DNA of 64,000 nucleotides from Thainema sp. (GCA_052168235.1 JBQLZK010000012.1:44038-108037), one strand, 5' to 3'; positions 1 through 11,400 are shown, numbered from the stretch's first letter. A program made the numbers and translations. The notes: generated from the sequence alone by a model not told the origin.

Positions 1-679
1 TCGGGGCATCAGCCGCCAGCGGCTCAAGCTGATTGATCACCGTCAGCATTCCCGCTCGTCCCCGTGCCCCGTCGCTCCCCATCCGACCATCGCGCCCATC
101 CTGACCATCCGTACAGGTGTAGCGTTCTGTCCGACAGTTGCCGTTATTACAGGTTTCCACTTCCCAACTGCGGTCATAGCAGTTACAGCCATCGGTGCCG
201 CGTCCACCGCGCCCACCGCGTCCGCTCACGCCGCCTTCGGCCTGAACATAGACCCGTCGTAGCGCACTGGGGTCGTTGTAGTAAACGGTAACGTTGCCGC
301 CGCTACCGCCATTGCCGCCACGACCACCATCGCCGCCATTACCACCATCGGCTGCCCGCAGGTTGTAGCGCACCCCGCTAGCTTGCCGCTGACAGTTGGG
401 ATAGCCTGCATCTTGACCATCACTGCCATCGCTGCCTGCTTCTCCCATCGTTTCCACACGAATATCGCTGCCAGTGGCCGTCACGTTGCGTTCCGAACCG
501 GATCGTCCATCACGACCTTCCCGACCATGATTTCCATCCCAGGCATCTCGCCCAAATTCACGGGTTTCCTGCGCCCAAGCAATACCAAAGCAACGTAAGG
601 TCGGCGATGCGATCGCAATCGAACTTGCAACAGCCAACAGACCAGCCGATGCAGCCAGCGATTTTGTCCAGCGGCTCAT
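1..679 (-). CDS. Secreted collagen-like (Gly-X-Y rich) protein, 3' end outside the window
   Basis: Manual translation, not in the ORF track: MSRWTKSLAASAGLLAVASSIAIA (signal-like), then GNHGREGRDGRSG, GGNGGDGGRGGNGGSGG and GQDGRDGRMGSDGARG. The frame stays open to base 1 and an AGAGGAG RBS lies upstream of the ATG. Confidence 0.8.
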   Translation of the reverse strand, partial: MSRWTKSLAASAGLLAVASSIAIASPTLRCFGIAWAQETREFGRDAWDGNHGREGRDGRSGSERNVTATGSDIRVETMGEAGSDGSDGQDAGYPNCQRQASGVRYNLRAADGGNGGDGGRGGNGGSGGNVTVYYNDPSALRRVYVQAEGGVSGRGGRGGRGTDGCNCYDRSWEVETCNNGNCRTERYTCTDGQDGRDGRMGSDGARGRAGMLTVINQLEPLAADAP

Positions 680-807
680 ACAGTCTTTCTCCTCTTCTAT
701 GGCACAGCCGTCTAGGCTGTCCTCCTTTGGTGAGTAAGGTCATCCTCTTAGGTTCAGAGCACGCTCTAAACCCAATTGATCATTCCCAAATTGTCTAAGT
801 AGGTTGG

Positions 808-890
808 CATAAATAAACGCATCTAGAAAACCGGGGGAGCACTCCGGAGGGGTGCTCCCCCGGTTTTTTAGATATGCATTTATTTATATG
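808..890. repeat. Long intergenic inverted repeat (REP/SDR-like hairpin)
   Basis: AAAACCGGGGGAGCAC (827-842) pairs with GTGCTCCCCCGGTTTT (852-867), with imperfect outer arms. Confidence 0.8.
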
Positions 891-1137
891 CGGCTACTTA
901 ATCAATACCAAATCCGACTAGAAAGAACCCGAATTACTTTTTGTAAAAGCTGGTTTCTCCGAGTGGATTTCTTTCGTGTAATGACGCAGTCTCTATTTCA
1001 AAAGATCCATCGCAGCGGCAGCCTTACCGGAAAATTTGCTTTCAAGCTTTATGATTCTTCCACTGAAAAACGCCGTGACTGTAAAAGACGGCAACAAAAT
1101 GGCACAATGCGATTTTATTGGGTAGGTTGAAACGCTC

Positions 1138-1479
1138 ATGGATTACGCCACTGCTCACGATTTCATCCTGACTCAGGGTGCTGACTTCGAGAAATCGACT
1201 GAAACCTTTCTGCAACGGCTGCGACAGGGCCAGCCACCGATTCCGGGGCAGGTCACCTCACTGCTGCTAGCGCTTAAGGTCATGTTTGAAGGATTGCAGC
1301 AGGCTGAGCAGTTGGATCGCAGGTTGGTGTATGGCCTCTACATGCTGGCCAATGAAAGCCGCTATTTGTATGAACAGGGCAAGCGTCAGGGGGTAATTTG
1401 GCCTCCGCTGCTGGACGAAGATCTGGGCCGAATTGCGAAGGCGGTTCGGAGCATCTTCTCTGGAACGTGGGAAAGCTAG
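1138..1479 (+). CDS. Conserved cyanobacterial hypothetical protein
   Basis: 113-aa ORF with the PPIPGQVTSLLLALK...WPPLLDEDL pattern seen in a small cyanobacterial family; function not supportable. Confidence 0.7.
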   Translation: MDYATAHDFILTQGADFEKSTETFLQRLRQGQPPIPGQVTSLLLALKVMFEGLQQAEQLDRRLVYGLYMLANESRYLYEQGKRQGVIWPPLLDEDLGRIAKAVRSIFSGTWES

Positions 1480-1692
1480 CAATAGGTGCTTATGTAATAG
1501 GTACTTACTACTTACATAGATGGCCCGTCCGTGTAATGGTGATTGATGTAGCGGTTCGAGTACATTGCAATTGTTACAGTAGGTTGGAATAGATTGGCGA
1601 CCAGTCGTTGACCCACTGGATTGACTCGGTTTCCATCGCTGATTTCGATTAATCGATTTCGTAGATGTCACTCAACTAAACGCTCAAGATTT

Positions 1693-2436
1693 GTGAACAA
1701 GATTTTAACGATTGTCCATCAAGAAACATCAAAACCTGGATTAGTCGGCGAGGTTCTGACCCAGCGCGGATATGAGTTGGAGTCGCGCTGTATTGCAATC
1801 GGAGACTCGCTACCGCAGACCGTGGATGAGTACGCAGCGGTCATTGTCTTCGGTGGGCCGATGAGCGCTAATGATGACCATGAACCCTATATCCGCGCTG
1901 AACTGGACTGGATTCCGACCGTTTTGGCAGCGGATAAGCCCTATTTGGGCATTTGCTTAGGAGCGCAGTTGCTTGCACGGGTACTCGGAGCCAACGTGCG
2001 GCCTCATCCCCACGATCAGCGAGAGATTGGCTATTATCCGATTTCGCCTGCCGCCAAGGTGCCTGAGTTTCGGCAATCGATGCACGTCTATCACTGGCAT
2101 GGCGAAGGGTTTGAGCTGCCTAAGGATGCGGTGCTACTCGCTCAAGGCGGCGGGGCGTTTCCCAATCAGGCATTTCGCTATGGTCAACGGGCTTACGGCT
2201 TCCAGTTCCACCCCGAAATTACAGCCGACATGATTGACTTCTGGACAACCAATGGAGCCGATCAGCTCGATTTACCCGGTGCGCAGCCGCGCGATTTGCA
2301 TTTTGCTAACCATCAGCAGTATGGCCATACGGTTGAACGCTGGCTCCATGCGTTTTTAGATCGCTGGTTAGGAATTGCCACCGATACGTCGGCTCATTCT
2401 CCCGTCACGATGCGATCGCTGCGTCAATCTGCTTAA
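1693..2436 (+). CDS. Type 1 glutamine amidotransferase family protein
   Basis: GGPMSAND, LGICLGAQ (nucleophile Cys) and FQFHPE (His-Glu); GTG start inferred at 1693. Confidence 0.9.
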   Translation: MNKILTIVHQETSKPGLVGEVLTQRGYELESRCIAIGDSLPQTVDEYAAVIVFGGPMSANDDHEPYIRAELDWIPTVLAADKPYLGICLGAQLLARVLGANVRPHPHDQREIGYYPISPAAKVPEFRQSMHVYHWHGEGFELPKDAVLLAQGGGAFPNQAFRYGQRAYGFQFHPEITADMIDFWTTNGADQLDLPGAQPRDLHFANHQQYGHTVERWLHAFLDRWLGIATDTSAHSPVTMRSLRQSA

Positions 2437-2995
2437 GCAAGTCGTCAACATCAGTGCGATTGTCCAACACTACATCGGCCTGATCCATCTTCTGCTCAAT
2501 TGGCATTTGGCTCTGAATCCGCGACGTGGCCTGCTCCTGAGAAAGTTGATCTCGCTCCATTAACCGCTGGATCTGCTGGCTGCGATCGCACATTACCACC
2601 CAAATTTCCGTTACCAAATGGGTCAAGTTGGCTTCAAACAGCAGCGGAATCGACATGACGATGGCGGGTTGATCGGTCAAATCCTGGGCATCCTGCAACA
2701 TGCGATCGCGCACGTAGGGATGAATCTGCTGCTCCAGCCAGCGGCGCTCGTCCGGCTGCTGAAATACGATATCCCCCAATTGCCGCCGATCTAAACTGCC
2801 GTCTGGCTGAAGGATATCCTCACCATAGCGCTGGGCAATCTGCTGCAAAATGGGTGATCCAACTTCAACCGCTTGCCGCGCGTAGAGATCGGCATCCAGC
2901 ACGGGTAGATGATACTGGCCGGCCAAATAGTTGGAGACGGTACTTTTGCCCATCCCCACGCCCCCCGTCAATCCAATGATCCGCTGACTTGTCAT
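2405..2995 (-). CDS. coaE: Dephospho-CoA kinase
   Basis: IIGLTGGVGMGKST P-loop, DAD, LDRRQLG, IHPYV, IPLLFE and SQMP motifs. Confidence 0.95.
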   Translation of the reverse strand: MTSQRIIGLTGGVGMGKSTVSNYLAGQYHLPVLDADLYARQAVEVGSPILQQIAQRYGEDILQPDGSLDRRQLGDIVFQQPDERRWLEQQIHPYVRDRMLQDAQDLTDQPAIVMSIPLLFEANLTHLVTEIWVVMCDRSQQIQRLMERDQLSQEQATSRIQSQMPIEQKMDQADVVLDNRTDVDDLLKQIDAAIAS

Positions 2996-3029
2996 TTCAA
3001 CTACTAGTCTGCCAACTGTATTTTGATGG

Positions 3030-3080
3030 GTTGTGATGGTTGATGGGCCGCGCGAAGCGCGGCCCATCAACCATCACAAC
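3030..3080. repeat. Perfect 24-bp-arm hairpin with a GC-GAA-GC apex
   Basis: GTTGTGATGGTTGATGGGCCGCGC-GAA-GCGCGGCCCATCAACCATCACAAC. Confidence 0.9.
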
Positions 3081-3095
3081 TTATTGGGCATAGTA

Positions 3096-3473
3096 CTACT
3101 TCTGGTGAAACCGTCGATACAGCATGGCCTGAATGGGTTGACCATCCCGCAAATGACGTTGAACAATGGCAGGCACTTCTGCGACCTGCACCCGTTCGTA
3201 CCAAATTTGATCCGGCAGCACCAGTACCATTGGCCCGCTGCCGCACTGTCCCAAACAGCGGCGACCTTCGAGTTCAACATCAACGTCGGCATCTGCGATC
3301 GCAGTTTCAAATGCCTTGAGAACATTGGCTGACCCAGCTTTGCGGCAGGCGGTATTTTGACAGACGATTACTAGTTGCTTGTTGCGATCGCAGTTGGGAT
3401 TGGAATTAGAGTTGCAGGTGGAACTGCGATCGCGGTCTGTCTCGCGTTGGCTGAATGGCTCAGCAGCAGCCAT
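3096..3473 (-). CDS. Thioredoxin-like [2Fe-2S] ferredoxin
   Basis: VCQNTAC...CLGQCGSGPMVLVLPDQIWY...IVQRHL. Confidence 0.9.
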   Translation of the reverse strand: MAAAEPFSQRETDRDRSSTCNSNSNPNCDRNKQLVIVCQNTACRKAGSANVLKAFETAIADADVDVELEGRRCLGQCGSGPMVLVLPDQIWYERVQVAEVPAIVQRHLRDGQPIQAMLYRRFHQK

Positions 3474-3543
3474 AACTATGCGCCTCAAAATTCAGCATTA
3501 TTGGTCAGCACTAGAACTGTGAATCAAATACGTTCGATATCAA

Positions 3544-3609
3544 GTAGGGGCGGGTTCAGCAGGCCAATCTACACCGTGTCCTAGAGTTGACGGCAAAAAA
3601 CGCCCCTAC
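3544..3609. repeat. GTAG-type REP-like element
   Basis: GTAGGGGCG ... CGCCCCTAC terminal inverted repeat. Confidence 0.7.
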
Positions 3610-3629
3610 AGTTGGCGGATTGATTAAAT

Positions 3630-4628
3630 TCACTTGATATACGCTCGACCAATTTCGGGCACTTCTAAATTGCGGGATGCCAGCCACTCGGCGCTATATA
3701 AGCGGGACTGGTAGCGACCGCCCCCGTCACACAGCACGGTCACAATCGTATGTCCCGGCCCCATTTGCTTGGCGAGTTCAACCGCTGCGCCAACATTAAT
3801 CCCGACCGAACCGCCCATGAACAAGCCCTCTTCATACAGCAGCCGATAGATCACCTCTAAAGCCATTGGGTCATCAACTTGAATGGCATCGTCGATCGGA
3901 ACGCCTTCCATGTTGGCCGTAATCCGGCTGTTGCCAATTCCTTCCGTGACGGAGCTGCCTTCGGTGGAAATTTCCCCGGTTTTGACGTAGCTGTAGAGAC
4001 CGCTGCCCATCGGGTCGGCCACCACGCAGCAAATATTGGGGTTCTTCTCTTTCAGAAACAGGGACACTCCGGCATAGGTGCCACCCGTTCCTGTTGCAGC
4101 AACCCAGCCGTCAACTTTTCCGTCGGTTTGCTGCCAAATTTCCGGCCCAGTGGTGGCGTAGTGGGCTTGGCGATTAGCCAGATTATCGAACTGGTTGGCC
4201 CAAATGGCGTTTTCCATTTCCTCGGCCAGGCGACCGGACACCTTCACATAGTTATTCGGGTCGCGATAGGGCACCGCAGGCACGGTTTTTACTTCTGCCC
4301 CCAGGGTTCGCAGCATGTCAATTTTTTCCTGAGACTGGGTTTCAGGAATCACGATCATGCAGCGATAGCCTTTGGCATTACAAATATGGGCCAGGCCAAT
4401 CCCGGTGTTCCCTGCCGTGCCTTCCACCACCGTGCCACCGGGCTTGAGCAATCCCTTTTCTTCGGCATCTTGAATGATAAACAGCGCGGCCCGATCCTTG
4501 ACTGAGCCGCCAGGATTAAGAAACTCGGCCTTTCCTAAAATTTCGCACCCCGTTTCCTCGCTATACCGATTGAGGCGAATGAGCGGGGTGTTGCCGACTG
4601 TGCCAACGAAACCGTCCGTGATCTGCAT
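3630..4628 (-). CDS. cysK: Cysteine synthase A
   Basis: GNTPLI, KAEFLNPGGSVKDR (PLP Lys), EGTAGNTG, NQFDN and GTGGT. Confidence 0.92.
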   Translation of the reverse strand: MQITDGFVGTVGNTPLIRLNRYSEETGCEILGKAEFLNPGGSVKDRAALFIIQDAEEKGLLKPGGTVVEGTAGNTGIGLAHICNAKGYRCMIVIPETQSQEKIDMLRTLGAEVKTVPAVPYRDPNNYVKVSGRLAEEMENAIWANQFDNLANRQAHYATTGPEIWQQTDGKVDGWVAATGTGGTYAGVSLFLKEKNPNICCVVADPMGSGLYSYVKTGEISTEGSSVTEGIGNSRITANMEGVPIDDAIQVDDPMALEVIYRLLYEEGLFMGGSVGINVGAAVELAKQMGPGHTIVTVLCDGGGRYQSRLYSAEWLASRNLEVPEIGRAYIK

Positions 4629-4666
4629 TACTCAAGCACTATTGATGGACTACGACGTTAAGTGTT

Positions 4667-4767
4667 CTCACATCTTGCATCAAAACCCAGGAGGATTATT
4701 TTGCCGCCGCATCGCGGCGGCAAAATAATCGTTTTGGGTTCTCGATTAGCAAGGTGCAAGATATGAG
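4667..4767. repeat. MITE/SDR-like palindromic element, same family as 36678-36781
   Basis: Termini CTCACATCTTGCA / TGCAAGATATGAG; core ATTTTGCCGCCGC-ATC-GCGGCGGCAAAAT. Confidence 0.85.
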
Positions 4768-4897
4768 TATTCGAGCGATCGCACCTAACTATAAGTTTGC
4801 GACCTGCTCAGCGTTCCCTTCCTATCCTAAAGGCAAATTGAGCAAGGGATAACGCCATCCGGTTTTGATTGTACTGATATCTGGCATTGAGCAAAAC

Positions 4898-4933
4898 CAA
4901 AACCCGGAGAGACGCCTGCCTCTCCGGGTTTTG
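4898..4933 (-). terminator. Probable intrinsic terminator downstream of the histidine kinase
   Basis: CAAAACCCGGAGAG / CTCTCCGGGTTTTG stem with T-runs, about 40 bp past the stop codon. Confidence 0.6.
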
Positions 4934-4971
4934 CCAAGTGTTGTTGTAATTGATTGGGGTACAGTTAGCAG

Positions 4972-7095
4972 TTATGCAATGGAACTTGCTTGGGGTTGAT
5001 GAATTAACGGAATATTCAGCTTAAAGGTGGTTTCCCACAGGTCATCTGTGATGACAGTACTCTCGACGGTAATTTTGCCGTTTAGCTGCTGTACTAAACA
5101 ATGCACCAGCGCTAATCCTAATCCCGTACCTTGAATCGCCTGCTTCAGCGCCGCCTGTCCCCGTCGAAATTTTTCAAATACGTAGGGCAATTCTTCGGCT
5201 GGGATACCCGTCCCTCGGTTGGTCAGCGTCAAATTCATCACGGCTACATCATCAATTGAGATGGGCTGGATTTGCAAATAAATGGCTTGTCCCCGCTGGG
5301 AATACTTGCTGGCGTTGGTCAGTAGCTCTCGCAGGACGCGGTGCAGGCTGGTGACATCGGTTCTCATCACCAGCGGCTGCTCCGGCAAATCGACCTGTAG
5401 CTCAACGTTTTTGGTATCCCATAGGGGACGATTGGCCCGGATAATGTCCTGAACGTAGGCATTCAAATTAATTTCTTGCAGCTCAGCCTGGAGCGGCTGC
5501 GATTCGATACTCTGAAGCGCCAACAGGTCATTGATCAGGTCAGTTTCCTGGGAACACTGCTGCTCCAAGATATCCAAATACGCCTGTCGGCGTTCCGGCG
5601 GCAGGTCAGTTTGGCGCAGCATCCGAGCAGCCAGACGCATACTGGTCAGCGGTGTCAGCAACTCATGACTAATCGTACTGAGAAAGTCGTCTTTCAACTG
5701 GTTTAGACGGCGCAGTTGATCAATTTGGCGGCGGGTTTGCTCATAAAGCTTACCCTGCACTTCAATGCTTCGTTCCAGTTGGGCCGTGCGCTTTTCGACC
5801 ATTGACTGGACTTGGCGCAGGGTTTGCACCTGCAAAATGGCTCCACTGAGTTGAGTGGCTACCGTTTCAACCAGCGCACATTCGTCATCGTGCCAAGACC
5901 GCGCTCCTAAATCGTGTAGGACAATAAAGCCCAGGATCTTGCCCCGATTCTCAATCGGCGTGATCAGTAAGGCACTGTCCATCTGGTCTTGATACCAGTG
6001 CTGAAAATATAAATCCTCGACTGGATTGAGCTGAACCGTTTGGTCAGCAGGCTGAGCCTGAAGTTCGGTAGCAGAATGACTGGCTAGATGAGCAGACTGG
6101 ATGGGGGTAGCCTGTCGCGACTGCACAGCTAACGACCGAGGCGCAACTTGAATCGCTTGCTGAATAATGTTGCACTTCGACACCGGAAACATTGGCGAGT
6201 TGTAGCCACTTGCGGTTCGGGCAGCGTTAGGGGGAATAGGGTTTGATGAAGATGAATAAGTAGCCTCAGCCGACCAGGTATGAGCCAGCCGAAACCGAAT
6301 ATTCGTGAAATCAGAGAGGGACTGCTGGAGCACGGGCTGGGAGTATTTCAACAGCAAAATTGAAGCGTGCTGAAGCGCAAGACTCTGTCCCAAGCCATCC
6401 AGTGCGATCGCAAAAATATGATCAATTTCAGTGGTATTACTGATACTCTGCGCCAGTTGATAAACCAGTTGCTGCTGGTGGATTCGCTGTTCGCAGGTTC
6501 TCTGGTTGAGCAACTGAGTCAGAGTGGCTACCGTGGGCACTAGCAATTCCTGGGCTTGCTTTAGCTCAGCTTGGCTCCAATTGCTTGGAGTAGAGCGAAC
6601 CAGGATAAACTGCGCCTGCCTAGTGGGTGTAATCTGAACTGGAGCTGAAAGCGCGATCGCAGTTGAGGCCGATGTATTCATGAAAACATCAGCATCGAGT
6701 TGACAACTGCTTAACGTGATCTCAAAGTTTGCTACGTCTGAATATGAAATACTGGGTGAAGCGGCTTGTCCCCGCGCAATTTCAGGATTTGAGGCACTGC
6801 CTGATGCGTTATTTGATCTGCCGATCTGACCGATCATTTGCCGTACCATTGCCAAGCCTGCAACAATAGATGCGTCAGGTATGTCATCCACCTTCCTATC
6901 GGTAGTTGAATGCCATTGAACACAGCGTTGAGATGGCGGTGAAGTTGTCAGATGCTGGGAGTCTTCTAAAACCACATAGACAGATTGTACCCGCAGTGCT
7001 TGGCCGAGTAGCGCAACAGCGGGTTGAATGGATTGCAAATTTTGACCCGCTGCAACAGTCTTCATTGGCCAAGATAAAGGGGATGGAATGAACAT
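4972..7095 (-). CDS. GAF-domain sensor histidine kinase
   Basis: GAF-like region, H-box FLSTISHELLTPL, N-box ELLTNASKYS and G-boxes (GIP...FEKFRRG...GTGLGL). Confidence 0.9.
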   Translation of the reverse strand: MFIPSPLSWPMKTVAAGQNLQSIQPAVALLGQALRVQSVYVVLEDSQHLTTSPPSQRCVQWHSTTDRKVDDIPDASIVAGLAMVRQMIGQIGRSNNASGSASNPEIARGQAASPSISYSDVANFEITLSSCQLDADVFMNTSASTAIALSAPVQITPTRQAQFILVRSTPSNWSQAELKQAQELLVPTVATLTQLLNQRTCEQRIHQQQLVYQLAQSISNTTEIDHIFAIALDGLGQSLALQHASILLLKYSQPVLQQSLSDFTNIRFRLAHTWSAEATYSSSSNPIPPNAARTASGYNSPMFPVSKCNIIQQAIQVAPRSLAVQSRQATPIQSAHLASHSATELQAQPADQTVQLNPVEDLYFQHWYQDQMDSALLITPIENRGKILGFIVLHDLGARSWHDDECALVETVATQLSGAILQVQTLRQVQSMVEKRTAQLERSIEVQGKLYEQTRRQIDQLRRLNQLKDDFLSTISHELLTPLTSMRLAARMLRQTDLPPERRQAYLDILEQQCSQETDLINDLLALQSIESQPLQAELQEINLNAYVQDIIRANRPLWDTKNVELQVDLPEQPLVMRTDVTSLHRVLRELLTNASKYSQRGQAIYLQIQPISIDDVAVMNLTLTNRGTGIPAEELPYVFEKFRRGQAALKQAIQGTGLGLALVHCLVQQLNGKITVESTVITDDLWETTFKLNIPLIHQPQASSIA

Positions 7096-7347
7096 GGGGC
7101 ACCGATACGCTTGAATTCAGATGCCTAGCTGTGGCTAGAAACGCCACAGGCCACATACTGTCTACAGACTACTATTCCCAAGTTGGCTTCGATATCCGTG
7201 TTTTCCCTAGATATCAGTACTCTTATCAACAAACTCTTGCTAAAGATAGAGTCTCATTTATGAGACGACCAACAAAAGTAAATTTTTTACGACGAAGTAA
7301 TAAAGAATGTACTGATTCAGCTAGATGCTGCTGTCGAGTACCCGTCG

Positions 7348-7530
7348 CTAATGCCGCTTTCTAGCTTTCCAGGTGCCGCCATAGGTGTAATGCGGGTTGT
7401 GATGACGGACATCGGGCCAACAGCGATCGCAGATGAATTTCCATTCGCCTGTCTCGTCGATTTGCACTCGATACAGAATCAACCCTGGCTGATAACAGCG
7501 ATCGCACATTTTTTCTCGAATTCGTCCCAT
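7348..7530 (-). CDS. Small conserved CxxC...CxxC protein
   Basis: CDRC...LYRVQ...CDRCW...NPHYTYGGTWKA; GAGGTG RBS before the ATG. Confidence 0.75.
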   Translation of the reverse strand: MGRIREKMCDRCYQPGLILYRVQIDETGEWKFICDRCWPDVRHHNPHYTYGGTWKARKRH

Positions 7531-7635
7531 GTCTATCACCTCTCAGCACCTCTCAGGGCATTCCAGTCAGTCTCAGTTAAGCGCGGATGTCATCTCAATC
7601 ACAGTCTGTGTATTCTAGAAGACTAAGATGAGCAT

Positions 7636-7725
7636 TAGACTTTATTGGAAATAAAGTTTTTGGGGTTGGAAATTGTTTTGTAGCGCGGCGAAGCCGCGCT
7701 ACAAAACAATTTCCGATAAAGTCTA
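7636..7725. repeat. Palindromic element with outer terminal inverted repeats and a 22-bp-arm GC-GAA-GC hairpin
   Basis: Outer TAGACTTTATTGGAAAT / ATTTCCGATAAAGTCTA; inner arms 7668-7689 and 7693-7714. Confidence 0.85.
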
Positions 7726-7752
7726 TTGATTTGCATTGGCTAAAGATTTGCA

Positions 7753-8472
7753 TTGGGTAAAGATGTGAGGCGACATAGCAAGCAGAGACTGGAGCAAACT
7801 GTACTGCCACCGTTGGAATCAGCAACGGAACCATCATCAACTTCTTTGATGAAGTCGTTTTGGCTGATGGTAGGAGCATTTCTATTGAGCTTCGAGATTG
7901 CTCGTCTGCTGATGCCCAACCTGCGCGAGACGTTTTGGCTGTCACCAGCAGAGGGACAACTGATTGAAGTGCTGGCGATGGTGCTCTATGCCGTTGGCTT
8001 TGGTTGGGGGGTGCGATCGCTGTTGCGTTTGCCCAAAGCAGCCCGCTGGCGCTATTTGCCTATTCCTATTCTAAGTTTTTTGGGCTTTTGGGATGAGCTG
8101 AGCTTTACTGAAAGCGTATTACGGATTCCGGCAATGGACATTTACGGCGTCCGCTTTGATGCACTGCACGATGTGCTTGAAATTGCCTATGTCGCGAGCC
8201 AGGAATATCGTTGGATTGCCCATAGTGCAGCGGGTCTAGCCCTAGCAGGCTTAGCCTTAATTGCGCTCAGGCATCGGCAGATCTGGCGCTTTTTAGTTCG
8301 CTATCCGGCCTATCGGTTTATTGCGATCGCGGCTGTGCTGTTAATTATCCCTATGATTATTGACGTGATGTTTCCGCTCAATGCCGCTGTCAATCATTTT
8401 GAGGAACTACTGGAAACGAGCGCAGCACTGGCGTTTGTGTTTGCGGCTGCGAGTTACGGCGTTCACCGCTAA
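7753..8472 (+). CDS. Hypothetical integral membrane protein
   Basis: About 6 hydrophobic segments with WDELSF and HFEELLE motifs; start uncertain (ATG at 7849 possible). Confidence 0.7.
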   Translation: MGKDVRRHSKQRLEQTVLPPLESATEPSSTSLMKSFWLMVGAFLLSFEIARLLMPNLRETFWLSPAEGQLIEVLAMVLYAVGFGWGVRSLLRLPKAARWRYLPIPILSFLGFWDELSFTESVLRIPAMDIYGVRFDALHDVLEIAYVASQEYRWIAHSAAGLALAGLALIALRHRQIWRFLVRYPAYRFIAIAAVLLIIPMIIDVMFPLNAAVNHFEELLETSAALAFVFAAASYGVHR

Positions 8473-8477
8473 TGTTG

Positions 8478-11400
8478 CTACCAAGGGCTACCCACCAAGG
8501 TAAAGGCTGACCAGTAAAACGGATGCGATAAATCGGAATTACCGACACTCTCTTGACCCTCCTGCCTATCGAGCGGTGGCGAAAAGCCGAATTCCTGGGC
8601 TTCCTCAATTGTCCTCTCGTCTATCTGCACTTGGCCTTGCAGCATCGCGATCTGGGTTTGGCGGAGCGCTTCTGCTTTGATGGGTGAGGTTTGCAGCTGA
8701 TTGTAAAACTCTGTCATTAAAGCCAGTGTTCCCTCGTCGCTGACGTACCAAAGGCTAGCAAGGGCCGATTTGACTCCCGCCTGGAGCGCTAGCCCTGCAA
8801 AACCCAGTTCAGCATCTTCATTGCCAATAGCCGTGCGACAAGCGCTGAGCACCAAGAGTTCAACGGGTGGCTCATTTAAGCCCAGTTCTCGGAGTTCACT
8901 GAGTTTGAGCCGCTGGTCATTAAACTGAATAAACGAATTGCTGGGATCACCAGGCAGAAATTCGGCGTGACTGGCAATGTGAATAATGCCAAATGGCGTT
9001 ATTTGCCGTTCCTTTTTCAAGTTATCGATGGTGAACGCCTCGTCTACTAGCGTTTCACCTGTCCACGTGTCGCCGATGGCCGCGAGTTCAACGGGGACAG
9101 CAGGCAAAGCCGGTAAATCCTTGAATTTATCAGTGCCCATTGCCAATACTTGACTGTTACGCACATCTTCATAGCGTGTGTCGATGAGATTCAGGCTCGG
9201 CATTAGCCCTAAACTGTACTGCTCAATCAAAAATTGCTGACCATCATATAGGGCTGCGACGGGTAGCGATCGCAACTTGGAGGGCATGATGAAGGCAATA
9301 TTTTCAACTTCCTGAGCGACCAAATCAGCTTGTAGTGTGCCGATGATCCACTGATAAAGCTGCTGAGCAGACTGACGATAAGCCGTGGATTGAATGAGGC
9401 GCGGATCGGTCAGTTGAGTTTGTAAATCAACGGCTGCGGCTTCTACCTGTTGACGAGTGATGCCTGGAACCCGACGGCGCACGGGAGGCTGATTGGCAGT
9501 CACCAACAGCAGTTCGAGTTCATCGGTAGGCTGAGGTGCCAGATCGAATGCAATGCCGCGAGACTGGTCTGAACGATTTAAATAGTTGGCAATTTCCTGA
9601 GAAGCCGTTGCTTCCAACTCCGAAAATCCTGGATTGACTGCTAAGGTTGCGGGCAAATAGTTGACATAGATCAGCGCGGGCTCGATGCCCGTTTTGTCGG
9701 CGATATCCTGTAAGACTGCTTGAGCTTCATCAATGGTAATCGGCGGTAGCACCTCGCCTCCCGAAGGATTTTCATCGACATCTAAGGGCGGTTCCCCTCC
9801 GCAGAATGGTGGACACACCGGATCTTGAAACGTGATGTCTTCGGGTTCGGGTTTCGGTTCAGGGTTCGGGTTTGGGTTTGGGTTCGGGTTTGGTTCGGGT
9901 ATTTCTCCAGTTTGGAAGGTGATGGTAACAGCTGCCGAATCTGCTAAACCATCATTCACAACCAGCGTGAATGCATCAATCGCCGTTGTGGCTGTCCCAG
10001 CAGGCACATAGATTAGCGTTTCGCTCTCGGTGACTGTATCACCTGCTAGCACGGGCGTAACACCATCCGCTCGGAAGAGTTCACCGTCCAAAATGCTGTC
10101 AATCTGATATGTCAAGTTGTCGGCGTTGCTGTCGCCAGTAGCGGGAGTAAAACTCGCAATCGTGAACAAGATAGGGGCATTGGTTGGCGAGGACAGACTA
10201 TTTGTTGTTGTACTGAGATTGGGAGCAATGTTATTAAATGTGATGCTGATGGTGCCATTGGTAGCCGTTTCTGTTCCCGCATTTGGGAATGTGGCTAGAG
10301 GTGCGATCGCATCTGCATTGGTGACGATATCACCTGCGGTTCCATTGGTTGACGCATCACCGACTGTAAACGGCACGTTATCCGGGCCACCGTCATGGGT
10401 AATGGCAACAGTGCCGCCTGCTGTTGAACCTTCAGCATTAATCGTTCTGCCTAGCAGATCTTGCCCTGTCCCTTGTACCGTGCCGTCACTTGCGGTAACG
10501 GTAACGTTATTGGCGATGCCAGGGCCAGCAAGAGAGCTTGCGCTGGTATCAATCCGAGTAAATTGAATGTTGCTTTGCCCCGGCGTTGCGCCAGCGATTA
10601 GTTGCACTTCTCCTGCCTGAGCGGTTGACGCTGGAGTTGTTGCGGTCGCGATCACATTGGCTGCTGTAATACTTTGTCCGGCTTGGACAGTGATGTCACC
10701 TGCGATCGCATTCAAAGTAGACTCAACACCTGGTACAAAACCAGGATTCATTTCAGCGGATGTATCCAAGTCACCAACCGTAACCGAACCCGCCGATGAA
10801 ATAATTTGAATCTCTCCACCCTGGGAAAAAATGCCAAAGTCGATTTGAGGATCTGAGACCACCAGTGTTGTGATTGCTCCATTCGCCGTGATGTCACCAC
10901 TGGCCTGTAGGGTTACGTCTCCACCTTCGCCGCCATAGGCATTTAAGGAAGAAGTATCAATGGCAGCCACTTCGATTGCGCCGCTTGGGGCCAGAATCGT
11001 AACATCACCGCTGGTATCTGGCCCAAACTCCGAATCGGTGCCAGTGAGAATGGTGCCGCCGATGTCTACATTTCCGCGCGCATCGACCACCACATCACCA
11101 CCATATCCACCAAACGGCGATGATGTATCGATGGTGCCGCCAACGGTGATATTACCGCCAGCGACGGCATTGGGGGCATATTGAGTCGTTAAGAAAACCT
11201 CAGTGAGATTATTGGGGCTAAACGGAGCAACCTGAATATTGCCGCCAATCGTGATGTTGGCTGCTGTTGGTGCAGCGGTTAGGACAGGATTCCCAGGCGT
11301 AAAGCCGGAACCGGGTGGTGGAATAAGGGGCGCACCTCCTATTGCTGTTGTACCAGCCCGAATATCCAGTGTTGGCACACTGGCACCATCAATGTTAATT

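Noticed and set aside
64..798. Short ORFs listed over 64-798
   Set aside because: Alternative frames or antisense shadows of the collagen-like gene.
1138..1479. Dethiobiotin synthetase label sometimes attached to this family
   Set aside because: Too short and lacks a P-loop.
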